A stretch of DNA of 63,184 nucleotides, the filler included, from Kipferlia bialata (taxonomy: Eukaryota): NCBI GenBank assembly GCA_003568945.1. It is 3 parts of 3 records of this genome, joined end to end, with 100 filler letters (N's around TTAATTAATTAA, not from the genome) between each part and the next. Parts side by side here need not be neighbours in the genome. Positions count along the whole stretch, not along the records: positions 1 to 21,408 come from BDIP01000123.1; positions 21,509 to 51,810 come from BDIP01000124.1; 1 more part is not named here. The stretch is one strand, 5' to 3'. The stretch's first letter is position 1. Every line of letters starts with the position of its first letter. Under the pieces are notes generated by a model. That model was given only the letters and a program-made list of their open reading frames with translations, was not told where the DNA came from and ran no database searches. The position numbers were made by a program, and so were the translations under genes. Shown here piece after piece: positions 12,362 through 24,600 of this stretch.

Positions 12362-14043
12362 ATGGCGGTTCCTATGTCGGAGCGCCGTGTGGATGTGGTC
12401 CTGGCTGCCACCTACCTAGCAGTGGCCACGGCCATGCCCCTCTACAACTACTACGTCAGTGAGGACCAGTACCCATACCTGATCACATTCACAGGTATGT
12501 ACCTCTATATATACATATTGCAGTTGAGTCTATACCCAACACCCCTCTACCTCCAGCCCTGCAGCTCCTGGGCACCTCCGTAGCCACAGGCATCATGAAC
12601 TACATGTGGCACCGCAGGGTGAGTCTCAAGGCCACCCCACACACATGGATGGGAGAGGACCTGGTCGCTAAGTGGCTCGCGTACTTGCCTGCCGCCCTCA
12701 TCTTCAGGTATGGGTGTCTCCTGTCCCTCTCTGTATCAGCCACTAGTTCCGATATGGTCTCTCACCCCAGTGTCAACATGTCTCTCAACCAGTCTGGGCT
12801 CTGCAAGACATCAGTCACAGTACATGTCCTGCTCAAGACAACAGGCATCCTCTGGAGTGTTCTGTTTGCAAGGGTCCTCAACCAGGTGGGGCATATCTAT
12901 TGGTTGTCTGTGTTGTAGTATCTCGCGTTGCGTGGAGGGATAAACTGCGTCTCATATAAATGCTTCCCTCTTACCATTATTGTCCCCAGTCCCCTACCCC
13001 TGCCACTTCTAACCATCAGGAGAAGGTTAAGAACTACACCTTGATCACATGTGCCCTGATGCTCTCAGGTCGGTGGATATACCCTCTCTCTCACACACAC
13101 ACCCCTTCTAGTATTCTCCTCTTCCCCCCAGGTGCTGTCTCTGTGTGTCTGAGTGTGTTCTTTGAGTATGGTGCTGAGTCCTCCACCTTCGAGGGTGTGT
13201 TGATGACCCTGGGGGCTGCCATGCTGGGGCCTGTCTACATGTCATTCACAAAGAAGGGCATGAACAAGGTGCGGCAGGGTGTCTTTTCATACTCTCTCCC
13301 TCTCCCTTACCCCCCAGGTACAGAGCGTTGGCATCATCAAGCCCCACCCCTCCGAGACCACCTCTCTCATCATGGGCACCACAGGGCTGGGCATGGTACG
13401 GCACATTCTGAGTGGGCAGATACTTAGTGACCCTATATATACATGCATGTGTGTGCCACTCTACCATCCTCACCCCCAGATTCTGATCGGCCTTGTCTTT
13501 GAGCAGGGGGCCTGGCAGGCACTGGTCGACATAGGTACAGGGTGGATGCTTCATGATGTATACTCCATATCATCTCTCACACCTAGGCTCCGACTGGTAC
13601 GTGTGGTTTGTGCTGGGCTCTGGCATCTGCATGACATTCCTGTTCAAGCTCACCACCCTGTGGCTGTTGACCAGACAGAGCGTCACAACGGTCGGCATAA
13701 TAAGGTGCGTGGGTATGGTTGTCGAGTAGTTTGTCTATTACATTAGTATAACCACCTCCCACCCCAGCGAGACCAAGATTGTGCCCCAGATGGCACTGGA
13801 CGTGCTGTTCTTCCACAAGTACGACCTCACAGTGCTCATGGTCTCAGGTACCAATGTGTATATGTATATACAGGAGTATTACTGCCATCTGATGTATTTA
13901 CTCCAGGCACTCTGCTCATCACGTCTGGCTCCCTCTTCTTTGCCTACCGCAAGTGGCAGGAGTCCCTAGCCGACAAGAGACGAGCAAGGGAGGAGGAGAT
14001 GCCTTTGACGGAGGCAGAGGGAGGGACAGACAGAGAGGAGTGA
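12362..14043 (+). CDS. SLC35/triose-phosphate (nucleotide-sugar) transporter family, DMT superfamily
   Basis: About 10 hydrophobic helices. Motifs YPYLITFTALQ, VNMSLNQSGLCKTSVTVHVLLKTT and LWLLTRQSVTTVGII. TGA at 14041-14043. Confidence 0.85.
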
Positions 14044-14122
14044 AGGGGGAAATAGATCGTATATGCACATCACTACAACTGAAAACTGGTTATCTATTCT
14101 GGCTATTGCTAATGTATGTGCC

Positions 14123-17100
14123 TCACTCCTCCGATGCCTCTGGGGCTGTCAGGGTGGGCATGACCATCCCAACCTGCAGACTAGGGGGCTGGGCCTGCAC
14201 CCCTCCCACAACGGCACCTGGGGGAGGTGCCTGCTGTGTCTGGGGCACAGTGTTGGGCTGGGCCGGCACTGACACAGTCTGCATAGGGGGGGCCACCACG
14301 CCATAGTTATACTGGTACTGGGGCACCTGCTGGAATACTGGCATCTGGGCCTGGATTTGGGGGTATTGCTGGGGTGCTACGTTGTACTGCTGTTGGGTCA
14401 TGGCCATGTTAGGAGGGTACTGGAACTGGGGCATGGGGACAGGGGTGGGGTAGGTGGGGGGGGCACCGCTGTTGACGACAGCCACACCGGCCCCTGGCAG
14501 CTGCACTCCCTTGGCTACGGGTGCAGAGGCATAAGAAGGGGGCAGGGCGATGGGGGGCAGGGGCTTGGAAGTGGGAGGCAGGGCCACGTTGGTCACCACT
14601 CTCACCCCCTGGCGCTGTGCCTTAGCCACTGCCTTCTGCTTCTGTCTCTCGGTCTTGGCAAGGGCCTTGGCAGCCTTCTGGGCAGCCTTTCTCTCTCTCT
14701 TGGCCTGCTTCTTCGTGCAGATAGAGGGTGCCCCGTCACTCACAGCAACGGTCAGGGCCACAGGCTCTACCACGGGGGCACCCCTAGCGTCCACTGTTGT
14801 CTCAGTCTCCCTGTTAACCTCCTCCGTGGGGGTGGGGGTGGGGGCCTGTCCTGCCTTGTGCTTCTTGAGTGCCTTCTTCCTGCAGCAGCAGCAGCACAGC
14901 ACCAGGGAGAGGCAGACACCGATCACGATGATGACACCTGCCAGGTCCCCATCGAGGCAGGACTCAACCTCTATGACAGCACTGGCCCCTAGCCACTGTC
15001 CACCCTGGGTCTTGAGCACCACCCTGTACCGGTCAGACTCACTGTCCAGGTAGTCACTGTCCTCGGGGGCCACAGTGCCTGTCAGCACACTGAGGCTGGA
15101 GTAGCCGGCCAGGACGGCATTGAGCTCAACACACTGGGACTCATAGGAGGACTCCCGGGACTGCAGATCCAGGTTGTTGGTGCACAGGTACACAGAGTCC
15201 AGGAGGTCGGAGGCACCCCTGGCTGTAAGTACTGGGACGGGGGGTAAAGATGAATAGTAACACCATATGCAACCATCAGCTATACACATGCATACACACT
15301 ACACCACCCACCTTGTGAGGACTGCCGAGTATGAGACAGTCTCCTCTGCCCCCACCGACACCATTGCCCATGCGTCCTCGCCCTCGGAGTTGGAGTCCTC
15401 TCCGTGCAGTCCATACCACAGCACACCGACGGCATCAGTGTCAAAGACGTCCTGGGACACAGCGGCGTCAGTCATCTGGTCGAGGTCTGCGGCATAGGCC
15501 AGGACAGGGCCAGAGTGGGTAACGCTGGAGTCACTGTAGCCACTGAGGGTCAGAGACCCACTGAACGTGACGATATCCCTCCCGTGGTGGGTGTTGCCGA
15601 GGAAGGCTGTGGCGATGGGGGAGGTGTTGTCCCACCCCTCCTCTACCTCATCCTCCTCATCACCGTCTGTCTCTCCCTCTAGACCCCCGTCAAAGAGGAA
15701 GAAGCCATCGTAGTAGGACTCCACAGCGACAGAGGACACAGACACGTTGACAGGGTACATGGTGAGAGACAGGCGGTCGACAGAGAAGACCACTGGCTCC
15801 TCCTCAGCCCCCTCAGTCTCAGCCTCAGCCTCAGTCTCAGTCTCTGTGTCTACCATAGTGGCCACAACCATCTTGGTCTGGGTACCTGACTCTACAGTGT
15901 CATCGCATATGGAGTATGTGGGGAACACGTCCACCCCCACTGCCCCGCCCTCCAGGCTGTTTGAGTAGTCGACTGAGTCAGTTCCCATCCCAAGCACACC
16001 CACGGTCTGAGTAGGCAGGGCCATGCGGGTGGAGCCTGTGATACTGCTGCCGGAGATGGCCCCAGCCAGGTACAGGGTGTATGTGAGGGAGTCAGCCTCG
16101 GTGGTGTCTGCATCGAGGGCGAAGGAGAGAGAGAGAGAGAGAGACCCGGTGGCAGTCACCAGCACATTGAGTGACCCCATGACTGTGTCATATGAGTACG
16201 AGGCAGGGGCTGTGTTGGTGCCGGATGTCACACTGCACCCTAGCACATCTGCCATAGACACACCTGTCACAGAGGAGGGCAGGTACACAGCAACAGAGGA
16301 GCCTACCACACCCTCTGCGGTAGAAGTGACTGTGACACTGGAGGTGGTGGAGTAGGTGCAGGAGAAGCTGGCTGGTGTGCTGTCTGAGGCAGTGTTGAGG
16401 ACAAGGGTGGGGACAGCGTCAGTGGGTACATCGACATCTGCAGACAGGTAGGCGTTGGTCCCAGAGGAAGGGCGGTATGCAATCTCATACACCCCCATCT
16501 CGAGGTAGAGATAGTCACTGTAGCTGCCGAGGGTGCCGGAGCACTCCACACTCAGGTGGGTGAGAGAGGGGGCATCGAATGTCCACCTCGTCTCCTTCTC
16601 ACTCTCCCATGCCTCTGTGCCCTGCTCAATGGTGCCGGCCCTCCCTGCCACAGACACAGTCTCGATGCTGTCACTGACGGTGAGGGGGAGGGGGGGGGGG
16701 GTCTCACTATCAATAAATGTACATTCATCTACAAAGACAGAGAATTAAACCACTCACATTTCGGCCACGTATGTGCAGGTAAACCCGGTGTATCCGGTAG
16801 AGGAAGTGCCACTGACGGATGAGTCTGAGCTGAATGCCAGGGCCATGCAACCCTCCTCCACACCCTCTGTCTCATAGGTGGTGTCCACAGAGAAGCGGCT
16901 GGTGTATCCAACCCCCCGCATGCTGGAGGGGAAGGAGCACACACCGGAGTAGACCTGGAAGTGAGTATGAGGGGGAGAAGGGGGGGGGGGGATAATAAAT
17001 AGAATAGTGACGCCCACGTACAATCAGGTTGTCCCAGCCATTCTCAATGTATCCTGAGCACTGGAGGTGGATAGACTTGGCCTCAGGCACTGCTATGACC

Positions 17101-17984
17101 CACTTCTCAGACATGCTGGGGTCAGACATATATAAATGTATATATATATGGGTCAGAGATAGAGATGGAATGAGTCGGGGGGTGCCACGTACTTGTCTAT
17201 GTACTGTGCGGCATCCACTGTAATGGTGCCTGTCTGGGCTGACAGCTGGGTCCAGTCCCTGTCCTCACTCTCTACCACGGTGGAGTACTCACAGGAGAAA
17301 CCAGTCCTGGTCACTGGGGTAAGGGGAGGGGGGGGGGGGGATATGTATAGCTTGACACAACACATACACCAACCTGAGTAGTCTGTTGTAAACTTCACCA
17401 CCATGCAATTAGCTGTGGTGTCCCCATAGCTGATGTCCTGGGAGAGAGAGGTGGTGCCGGTGTACCCGCCACCATACTCTGTTCCTTGGATCAGAGGGCG
17501 CTACTAGATACTGTATCTACTAGATATCTACGATACAACACATGTCATCCGTCAGTCCAACAATAGACACCACACCAATGGCCACTCATAAAGTCACTCA
17601 CCCAGACTAACCCCTCCAGATGTGTCGCACACAGCCTCGTACACCCTCAGGTAGTCATAGTTGGTCTCTAGCTGGACTGGGGTGAGGATCAGTCAAGGTC
17701 ACACCGATGATATGGACAAATACTCGGTTCACACAGACACCCCTCCTGACCTGAGCACTCCAGACTGGCGGACACGGCATCGGCCACGTTCACCACATAG
17801 AGGTCCTGCATGTTGTTGGTGTACCTGGGGTGAGAGGGGGGGGGGGGTGAGTACATCACAAGAGAGAGAGAGATATTGACACATACCCATTGACTTCGAA
17901 TGAGCCAGACCCATCGGTGTGGGTGTAGGTGGTCCCTAGGGCCACGGCCACAAGGGCCAGCAATGCAACTAATAGGTCAATCAT
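14123..17984 (-). CDS. Type I membrane protein with CUB-like repeats, Cys-string after the TM helix and Pro-rich cytoplasmic tail
   Basis: Signal peptide MIDLLVALLALVAVALG. CUB-like motifs ETNYDYLRVYE, VVKFTTDYSVTRTGFSCEY, ENGWDNLI|VYSG, FSSDSSV..TGFTCTY and YSDYLYL. TM helix GVIIVIGVCLSLVL followed by CCCCCRKK. PPSY and PPTY in the tail. Confidence 0.8.
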
Positions 17985-18372
17985 TCCGTCAAAACCCAAG
18001 TGGGATTGATCGTATAGAGAGAGTGACAGAGGAAGTGACACCGATATGTAGTAGTCGGAGAATAAGGGTTGAGGATGAGGACATCTACAATCAGTATAGC
18101 GGGTATCTACCTATCCACATGTTCGTGGCTCTGCCATCGGTACTGCATTGCCATAGGTGATATCATGCATGTTCTAGTTCCCGGTATATTACAGAAACCC
18201 AGTGGTATGTGGTAATTGCATATCAACATGTTCCCTCTCGCAAACTCATATGAAGGTGAGTCTCCGCATTGATACGTGTATATCACCCCATCAATGACAT
18301 GGTATTGTCGCCCAACCCATCAATGGAGTCGTAGTCTAACCCTCTAGTCAAGTGACTATCAATCATACAACC

Positions 18373-18872
18373 ATGACCAGCAATGTCAAGACAATCGGTG
18401 ACATGCAGACATGCCCCACATGTCCCAAGCAGGTACTCCCTCTCAGTTACATTATAGCCTCACATACCTCATGTACCTGAGCTCCACTCAACCTATATGG
18501 GCGAGAGTATTACCACTAGTTCCTATGGACCCCCTCTGCTCTGAAGGTCTCATGTACAGCAGGCCCAGATGCAACAGGGTGAGTTCCACCCCAACCAAGT
18601 CAACCAGACAGCAGCCCCTGCCAAGCCCAAGAAGAAGTTCTACATGTGGCCCTTCAAGCCTAAGAAGAAGGTGACCGAGGTGGGTGGCGTGGCTGTCGAG
18701 AGACTATATTTGGTTCTGTCTATATATGACGTACATTCACAAACGTTATTAGTAGTATGTACCTGATACCAAGGGACAGTTGGCACCAGAGGCCAAGAAA
18801 GAGGACAGAAAGAAGGGCAAGAAGCCAAAGGCCAAGTCCGGCTTCAAGGGCAAGGGGAGAACACTACACTGA
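18373..18872 (+). CDS. Small lysine-rich hypothetical protein, 3 exons
   Basis: MTSNVKTIGDMQTCPTCPKQ|..MQQGEFHPNQVNQTAAPAKPKKKFYMWPFKPKKKVTE|GQLAPEAKKEDRKKGKKPKAKSGFKGKGRTLH*, with plausible splice sites. Confidence 0.55.
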
Positions 18873-19395
18873 TGAAGTGAGACATTTGACATGGGGTCCA
18901 AATAGACGGTTTCTACTAGATTGTGATAAGGATGTGGGCCTCAGAAGCATTGTGTATAGTGCCAAGTGAGCTGGGAGGCACACAGCAGCATCATAGACAG
19001 AAGTGTTATTGTTATGTTGTTTGAATTTGGTACCTGATTGCAACAACGGAGTATTAGAGCAAGAAGAGGAAGAGAGTACAATGTACTAAGTGCAATGTCC
19101 ACAGAGACTCCCCTTTTAGTCGTGGTGTCACGGATTCTTAAGGTGTTGGCATTCAGCGCCTCATTGTCTTGCACATCTTGCACATCTTGCTGCAAGTCTT
19201 GCAAGATTCTTGCACAAGGACTCTATTGTCATACTTATGTGTATCCTAGTGTAGGATATAGTACAGATAGAATAGACACGAACCCCCCTTCTTACTCACT
19301 GCTTCGTCACCCAAGTGGCTGTCATAGTTGCACATTTCACATGATCGCTACAGGCGACGCTGCCGCCCTTCTCTGTCTTCACTCCCATAGCGCAG

Positions 19396-20790
19396 TCACT
19401 CGGGATATCGTGTAGTAGTTGTGCCATAGTTCGTCGCAGTCGCTTCCATGCACCGCCAGGATTGTCTGTGGGTCACCCACACAGAAGACACGACGTAAGG
19501 GGGCACCCCAGTGGGGTCCTCCAGGCTGTAGAGCGACTTGCTCACAACCCCGGAGGTGAGGTCGAGCTCTGATACCCCGTACTCGGGACAATCCACACCA
19601 AATATCAAGAGAGAGGGGGAATGGGACGCTGCATCCCCTGCCACCACTCCTGCCTCTCCTGACGGTCCCAGTGCGAGAAGAGTCGAGGGGATACCCCCAG
19701 CTAGGCTGTAACAGGGTACATGGCTGGATGAGGAATCTCCCCGTGACAGGAACTCTGCGAACTCACTCCCCGTCCCAAATGGCGCACACTCATCGTCTTT
19801 CGCTCTGGGTACGAACGAGGCGTCACACTTCCAGCCCTGCTCGAATGTGAAGGAATAGAGACCGTCGTCCTCGCTAGGGATCACATATCTACCGTCGACG
19901 GTGGTGCCCAGCGATCTCCACATGCTCTCACACACTCTGGAAGTGAGTGCTGATTCTATTCCTCGTAATACTAATATCACTGCTGTGTGTGTACCTGATG
20001 CCTGGGAGGTCCTGTTCCTTCCTCCACTCCCCACCCCCACCCTCCAGAGCACTCAACTCCACAGAGTACATGCTAGACTCCACAACCTTGTAGAAGTCGT
20101 AGTCAATGGCGTTTCTGCGGCTCTCACGGGCGGATATTGCAAAGCCCCCACCTAGCATGAGTGCAATGTATCGTGTACTGTGAATGCAAACCGATTATTC
20201 CGTCATTCGATGGACCTACCCACGAGCAGCCTCCCAGCCAGCACTGTTAGTACAGTGGGGCACCCCCTAGTCACCTCCTGCTCCCCATCTTCCCCATCAG
20301 CGACGCTGACGGGCTCGTAATAGTCCCTCGACCTGTCCGGTGTGGGCCTAGGCGACATGGGAAGAGGGGTGGGGGGCAGGGAAGTGGGGACCCACCTCTG
20401 CCCCCCAATATCGAAGATCTCTACACGTGACGTGTGTACGCCACGGAAGAAAGTAGACACCTTCCTTTCCCTTATGTACCGGACGGTGTCTTCCACCTGG
20501 TAGTAACCCCCGTATGCAACGACAACACCGCCTGCCCTCACCAGACGCACCCCACAGGCCTGCCCCTGCCCTGACACTGGGGGTCCCTCGATGACCTCCT
20601 CCGTCACACTCCCGTCTGAGTGTACGGTGGCTATGAGGTATGTCTGCCTTTCCTTGCGGCCCCACTCGCGGCCGGAGAAGTAGGTGATGAGTATCTGGCC
20701 GTTGCCAAGAGGGGCAGCCTGCATCAGCATCGCACCCCCCTCGACCTTCTCGCTCACCCACAGCCGTTCGAATCCAAGCTCAGCCAGCAT
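19396..20790 (-). CDS. Kelch-like beta-propeller hypothetical protein (2 introns)
   Basis: MLAELGFERLW...VVVAYGGY...VEIFDIGGQRW...LLV|GGGF...MYSVE...GEW shows GG/Y/W spacing typical of Kelch blades. Introns near 20154-20219 and 19938-19994 restore a continuous frame. Confidence 0.6.
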
Positions 20791-21066
20791 TGTACAGTGT
20801 TGCGTCTCAGGCAAGTGTTGTGAAAGAAAGAAGAGGACCGTGGAATGGTCGGCTTGAGACTGAGCGTGTATAGAGTGAGCGTGTAGATCCCACACATATT
20901 TACACCCTTTTTCCATGGAGAAAACCTGAGCCGCTTGGCGACTCGACAATGTGCCTTAGGTGTTTCCAAATAGCCTCCACTCTCGAAGCTAATTTTGCTT
21001 CAATATGCTTCCAGCGACTCACATACTCTTTACCTAAGCACACCAGTGTATATATCTAGATATCGA

Positions 21067-21207
21067 ATGGGAAAGTGCTGCTTTCACTTCAACCAGTGGC
21101 TGGGCATCGGTGTTGTGCTTGCCGTCATAGGAGGCCTGTTCTACCAGTGCTGGATAGAGGGCGCCTCTGTGCTTCAGGATGAGAACGGCAACATAGTCAC
21201 ATCAGAG
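21067..21207 (+). CDS. First exon of a membrane/secreted protein (rest lost at gap)
   Basis: MGKCCFHFNQWLGIGVVLAVIGGLFYQCWIEGASVLQDENGNIVTSE followed by a GT donor. Confidence 0.5.
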
Positions 21208-21360
21208 GTACAGGGTGTGTTCCTCTCTGTATGTGTCTATGAAGATGACATCTGTATGAGTGACCACTTCATACCATTCCTTCAACTGTCCCAGAAGATC
21301 TTCATCCATCAGGATATCCGTATTTACTGATGTCTATATTTAGTGCGTGTATTGTATCTA

Positions 21361-21408
<48 letters not shown>

Positions 21409-21508
21409 NNNNNNNNNNNNNNNNNNNNNNNNNNNNNNNNNNNNNNNNNNNNTTAATTAATTAANNNNNNNNNNNNNNNNNNNNNNNNNNNNNNNNNNNN
21501 NNNNNNNN
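21409..21508. other. Artificial contig join: N run with TTAATTAATTAA linker (21453-21464)
   Basis: All-frame stop linker centred in a 100-nt spacer; identical layout at 51811-51910. Confidence 0.95.
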
Positions 21509-21642
21509 CCCCCCCCAGTGGATTTCCCTCATTTTGCCTATCTATCTATGTTCCTCTAACCCCACATATTGACTGAGTTCCTCTCTCCCTCCCTCTCCCC
21601 CCCGCCCCCCTTACATATGTGTTAGTATCCCTCACCCCCCAG

Positions 21643-24600
21643 ATGGACTGAGTTCCTGTCAGAGTGTTGGGCACAGTATCCACTGCTGTCATTCCTCCCA
21701 GTGCAGAAGGTATACCATATACAATATATTTGTATACTTACTATCATATTCATTCTATTATATTATTATGTATTATTCATTTTGTATATATGGTGTATCC
21801 ACTCCTGTCATTCCTCCCAGTGCAGAAGGTACACATATACTCTATACAATATTATATATACTATCATATACATTGTATTACATTATATATATATTGTGTA
21901 TCCACTCCTGTCTTTCCTGCCACTGCAGAAGGTATATATATATATATATATATATATGTTATCTAGCACTGCATTACTCAGAACACGTGTCATCCCCCCC
22001 CCCCCCCCTCCCTCTATTACCGGTCCCGATTTGTCTACGTATCTCACCAATTTCACTTCAGGCCTTTGCCCTTGGTCTCTGTTTGTCTGACCCAGCTGCA
22101 GAGGCAGACACAGTACTGCCCCTACTCAGATCAATCATGGAGATCCCACTCTCCCTCAAAGGTACATACATACAAATACATATGTACCATTTGGTATTTA
22201 TGATACCTTTCAATCCGCCCGGGGTACATATTGTCAGCATTGTGGTTAGTTTCATTGTGGTTAGAGTATTATTTGGTGATAGTAGAACTGTATTTGTCGT
22301 ATCTTAACGTACCAGGTTCTGCTAAGAGTGCGTGCTCCTTCATCCCCCTAGGGTTCGACACCTCTGACCCCCCCTCCCTACTATCCACATCCCCACAGGT
22401 TGGAGAGGGTGAGAGACAGGGAGAGAGTCTGTGTGTTGTGAGAGAGACAGTCAGGAGGGTGAGACTGACATCTATTGGCTATGAGGAGAGGCACGAGAGC
22501 GAGGGAGAGGCAGAGGTGGATAGCCTGTCTCTGCTGCACCAGATTGGACCATTCACGTGGATGTACCAGAGGTGGGTGGATGTATAATCATTGTCACATC
22601 ATATTTTGACCTCTTGAACTGATATTAATACGAGACATTAAATTGTTCACCTTCATCAATCGTATGTATGTTTGTTTGCTAGACTTCTGCCTTACAGTTA
22701 GGGTTGGAGAATGGCTCCAGCGTTCCTTTGGCACTGCCAAGTCTGCCAAGAAGATGAGAACGGCCCTGTCTCTGCCTGGAAAGGCATATCTCCCACTGGT
22801 ACGTGTATTGTCTCTCTCCATATATATATTTATATATATATATATGTGTGTATCTCATCCCGGCTCAGGACTCCCCAGTTCATGAACTCCTGGCCTCTCC
22901 CTCTCTCTCTCTCTCTCTATTCATCTAAGCTTCTGTCTAACCCCAGCTCAAGACTGCCCAGTTCATGAAGAAGCCCCTGGCCACATACAGGAGTGAGGGA
23001 CAACCCCAGTTCTTCCTGAGGTACATATATGTATATCATATACTATATATTTATGTATATATATATTATAGTGTCATATAAATATATATATATATATATA
23101 TATGGGTTCCGTCTTACTCCCCCTCACCCTCCAGGCTGCCTGACCTGAAGGGTTCCTCCCCTCGTTCTGGGAATGCCTCTAGACCAGTATACTCCTCACA
23201 GCAACAGCTGGTCAGTGCACTGGTACTATTGCTAGGTATGTGACATGTGTATTAGAGAGTTGGTATACATTCATACTTCTAATCCCAGGCTACCGCCCCC
23301 TGGACTGTCAGCTCATATTTACTATATGTGAACATGTCAATAATCATTATGTATACACATATACTCACAACCACCCACACATACATATATATCTTCTATT
23401 TCCATACTAATCCCAGGCTACCGCCCCCTGGACTGTCAGATTATGTACTGCTCTGAGTCGACAGGGGTGACAGAGCTCAGGAGGATGGTGCATGCCAGTA
23501 GGTATGGGTCACATGTGTACTGACCCCCCCCCCCACCTCACTCATATATACTGATTTCACACAGACAATATGACTTGTGTTTGAAGTGCCTCTCATTCTA
23601 GGAACTCCTGTCCACCCCAATGATGGATCAGTATTATTGTATATGAATATGTATTTGAGTATACTCTCTCACCCTAGGAACTCCTGCCGTCGGATGGTCC
23701 TGATCAAGCCTGACCTCCTCCCTGTCAGACTGGTCAGAGAGTTGGAGGTGCTGCAGAGAGGCCTCAAGGACACACCACCGCCACAGGCCGCTATACCAGG
23801 TACTGTGTATGTTTTGGGTCATATGTCTCTGTGTTATCTTTCCTCTTTAACCGTTAGCCCCCTCCCCCCCTAAACCTCACAGAAACTTGTTTACATTGTA
23901 TCATTCTCTCTCTCTCTTTCTCTATGTCAGTTTCATTATCTCACCCTCAGCCACAATCCCCCCCAAGTTCAAGGACCTTCTGACCGGCATGGACAGTACC
24001 TGTGGCAAGCTGTGCTACATATGCGGGGCAGACAGGTGAGTTTTGGTCTCTTCTTCTAGTAACGACTGAATCCTAAGACTCATTATCTCCATTCTGATCC
24101 CTAGAACAGACTAGATTTGTGTATAAATATCATCATTGCACTGGGGTTGATATATTTAACTAGTACTGACCCCCAGGACTGACCAGATGGGAGGTGTGGA
24201 AGAGTCACTCCCCAGGCCCACAGTGTTCACTGAGAACGAGAAGGGTGAGAAGAACATACTTATAACTCTGCAGTACACAGTGATTAGCCTTTGGCGTACC
24301 AGTGTTGTGTGCACATTATTCTAACCTCTAGATGTCAACCTGCGCCACTTTGACAAGAGCAGAGAGGTCTTCATCCAGAGTGTCTCTGTCCATACTGTTC
24401 TGGGTGACCCCCAGTGCGGAAAGACACACTTCATCAGGTACCCACTACAATACATATCCATTGTATGATTACACTCTACTTCTCTTACATTTCTAGGCAC
24501 TTAAGGTTTTAATTGAGTCTTACCTCTAGGCAGCATATCCAGCAGAAGGTGGCCGGCTCCCGCCCTACCTCAGCTGCCCCCTCCTGTCCGGGCACACCCA

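Noticed and set aside
18941..19215. Short TTGCACATC repeats and the QDVQDVQD ORF
   Set aside because: Short low-complexity repeat between convergent genes with no supporting gene structure.
21453..21464. Palindromic TTAATTAATTAA inside N runs (also 51855-51866)
   Set aside because: Artificial all-frame-stop linker used to join contigs; not biological, and synteny across it cannot be trusted.
21677..21933. Repeat-spacer look of echo arrays suggesting CRISPR
   Set aside because: Repeats are eukaryotic exon ends with splice sites, spacers are long low-complexity intron, and no cas genes are present.
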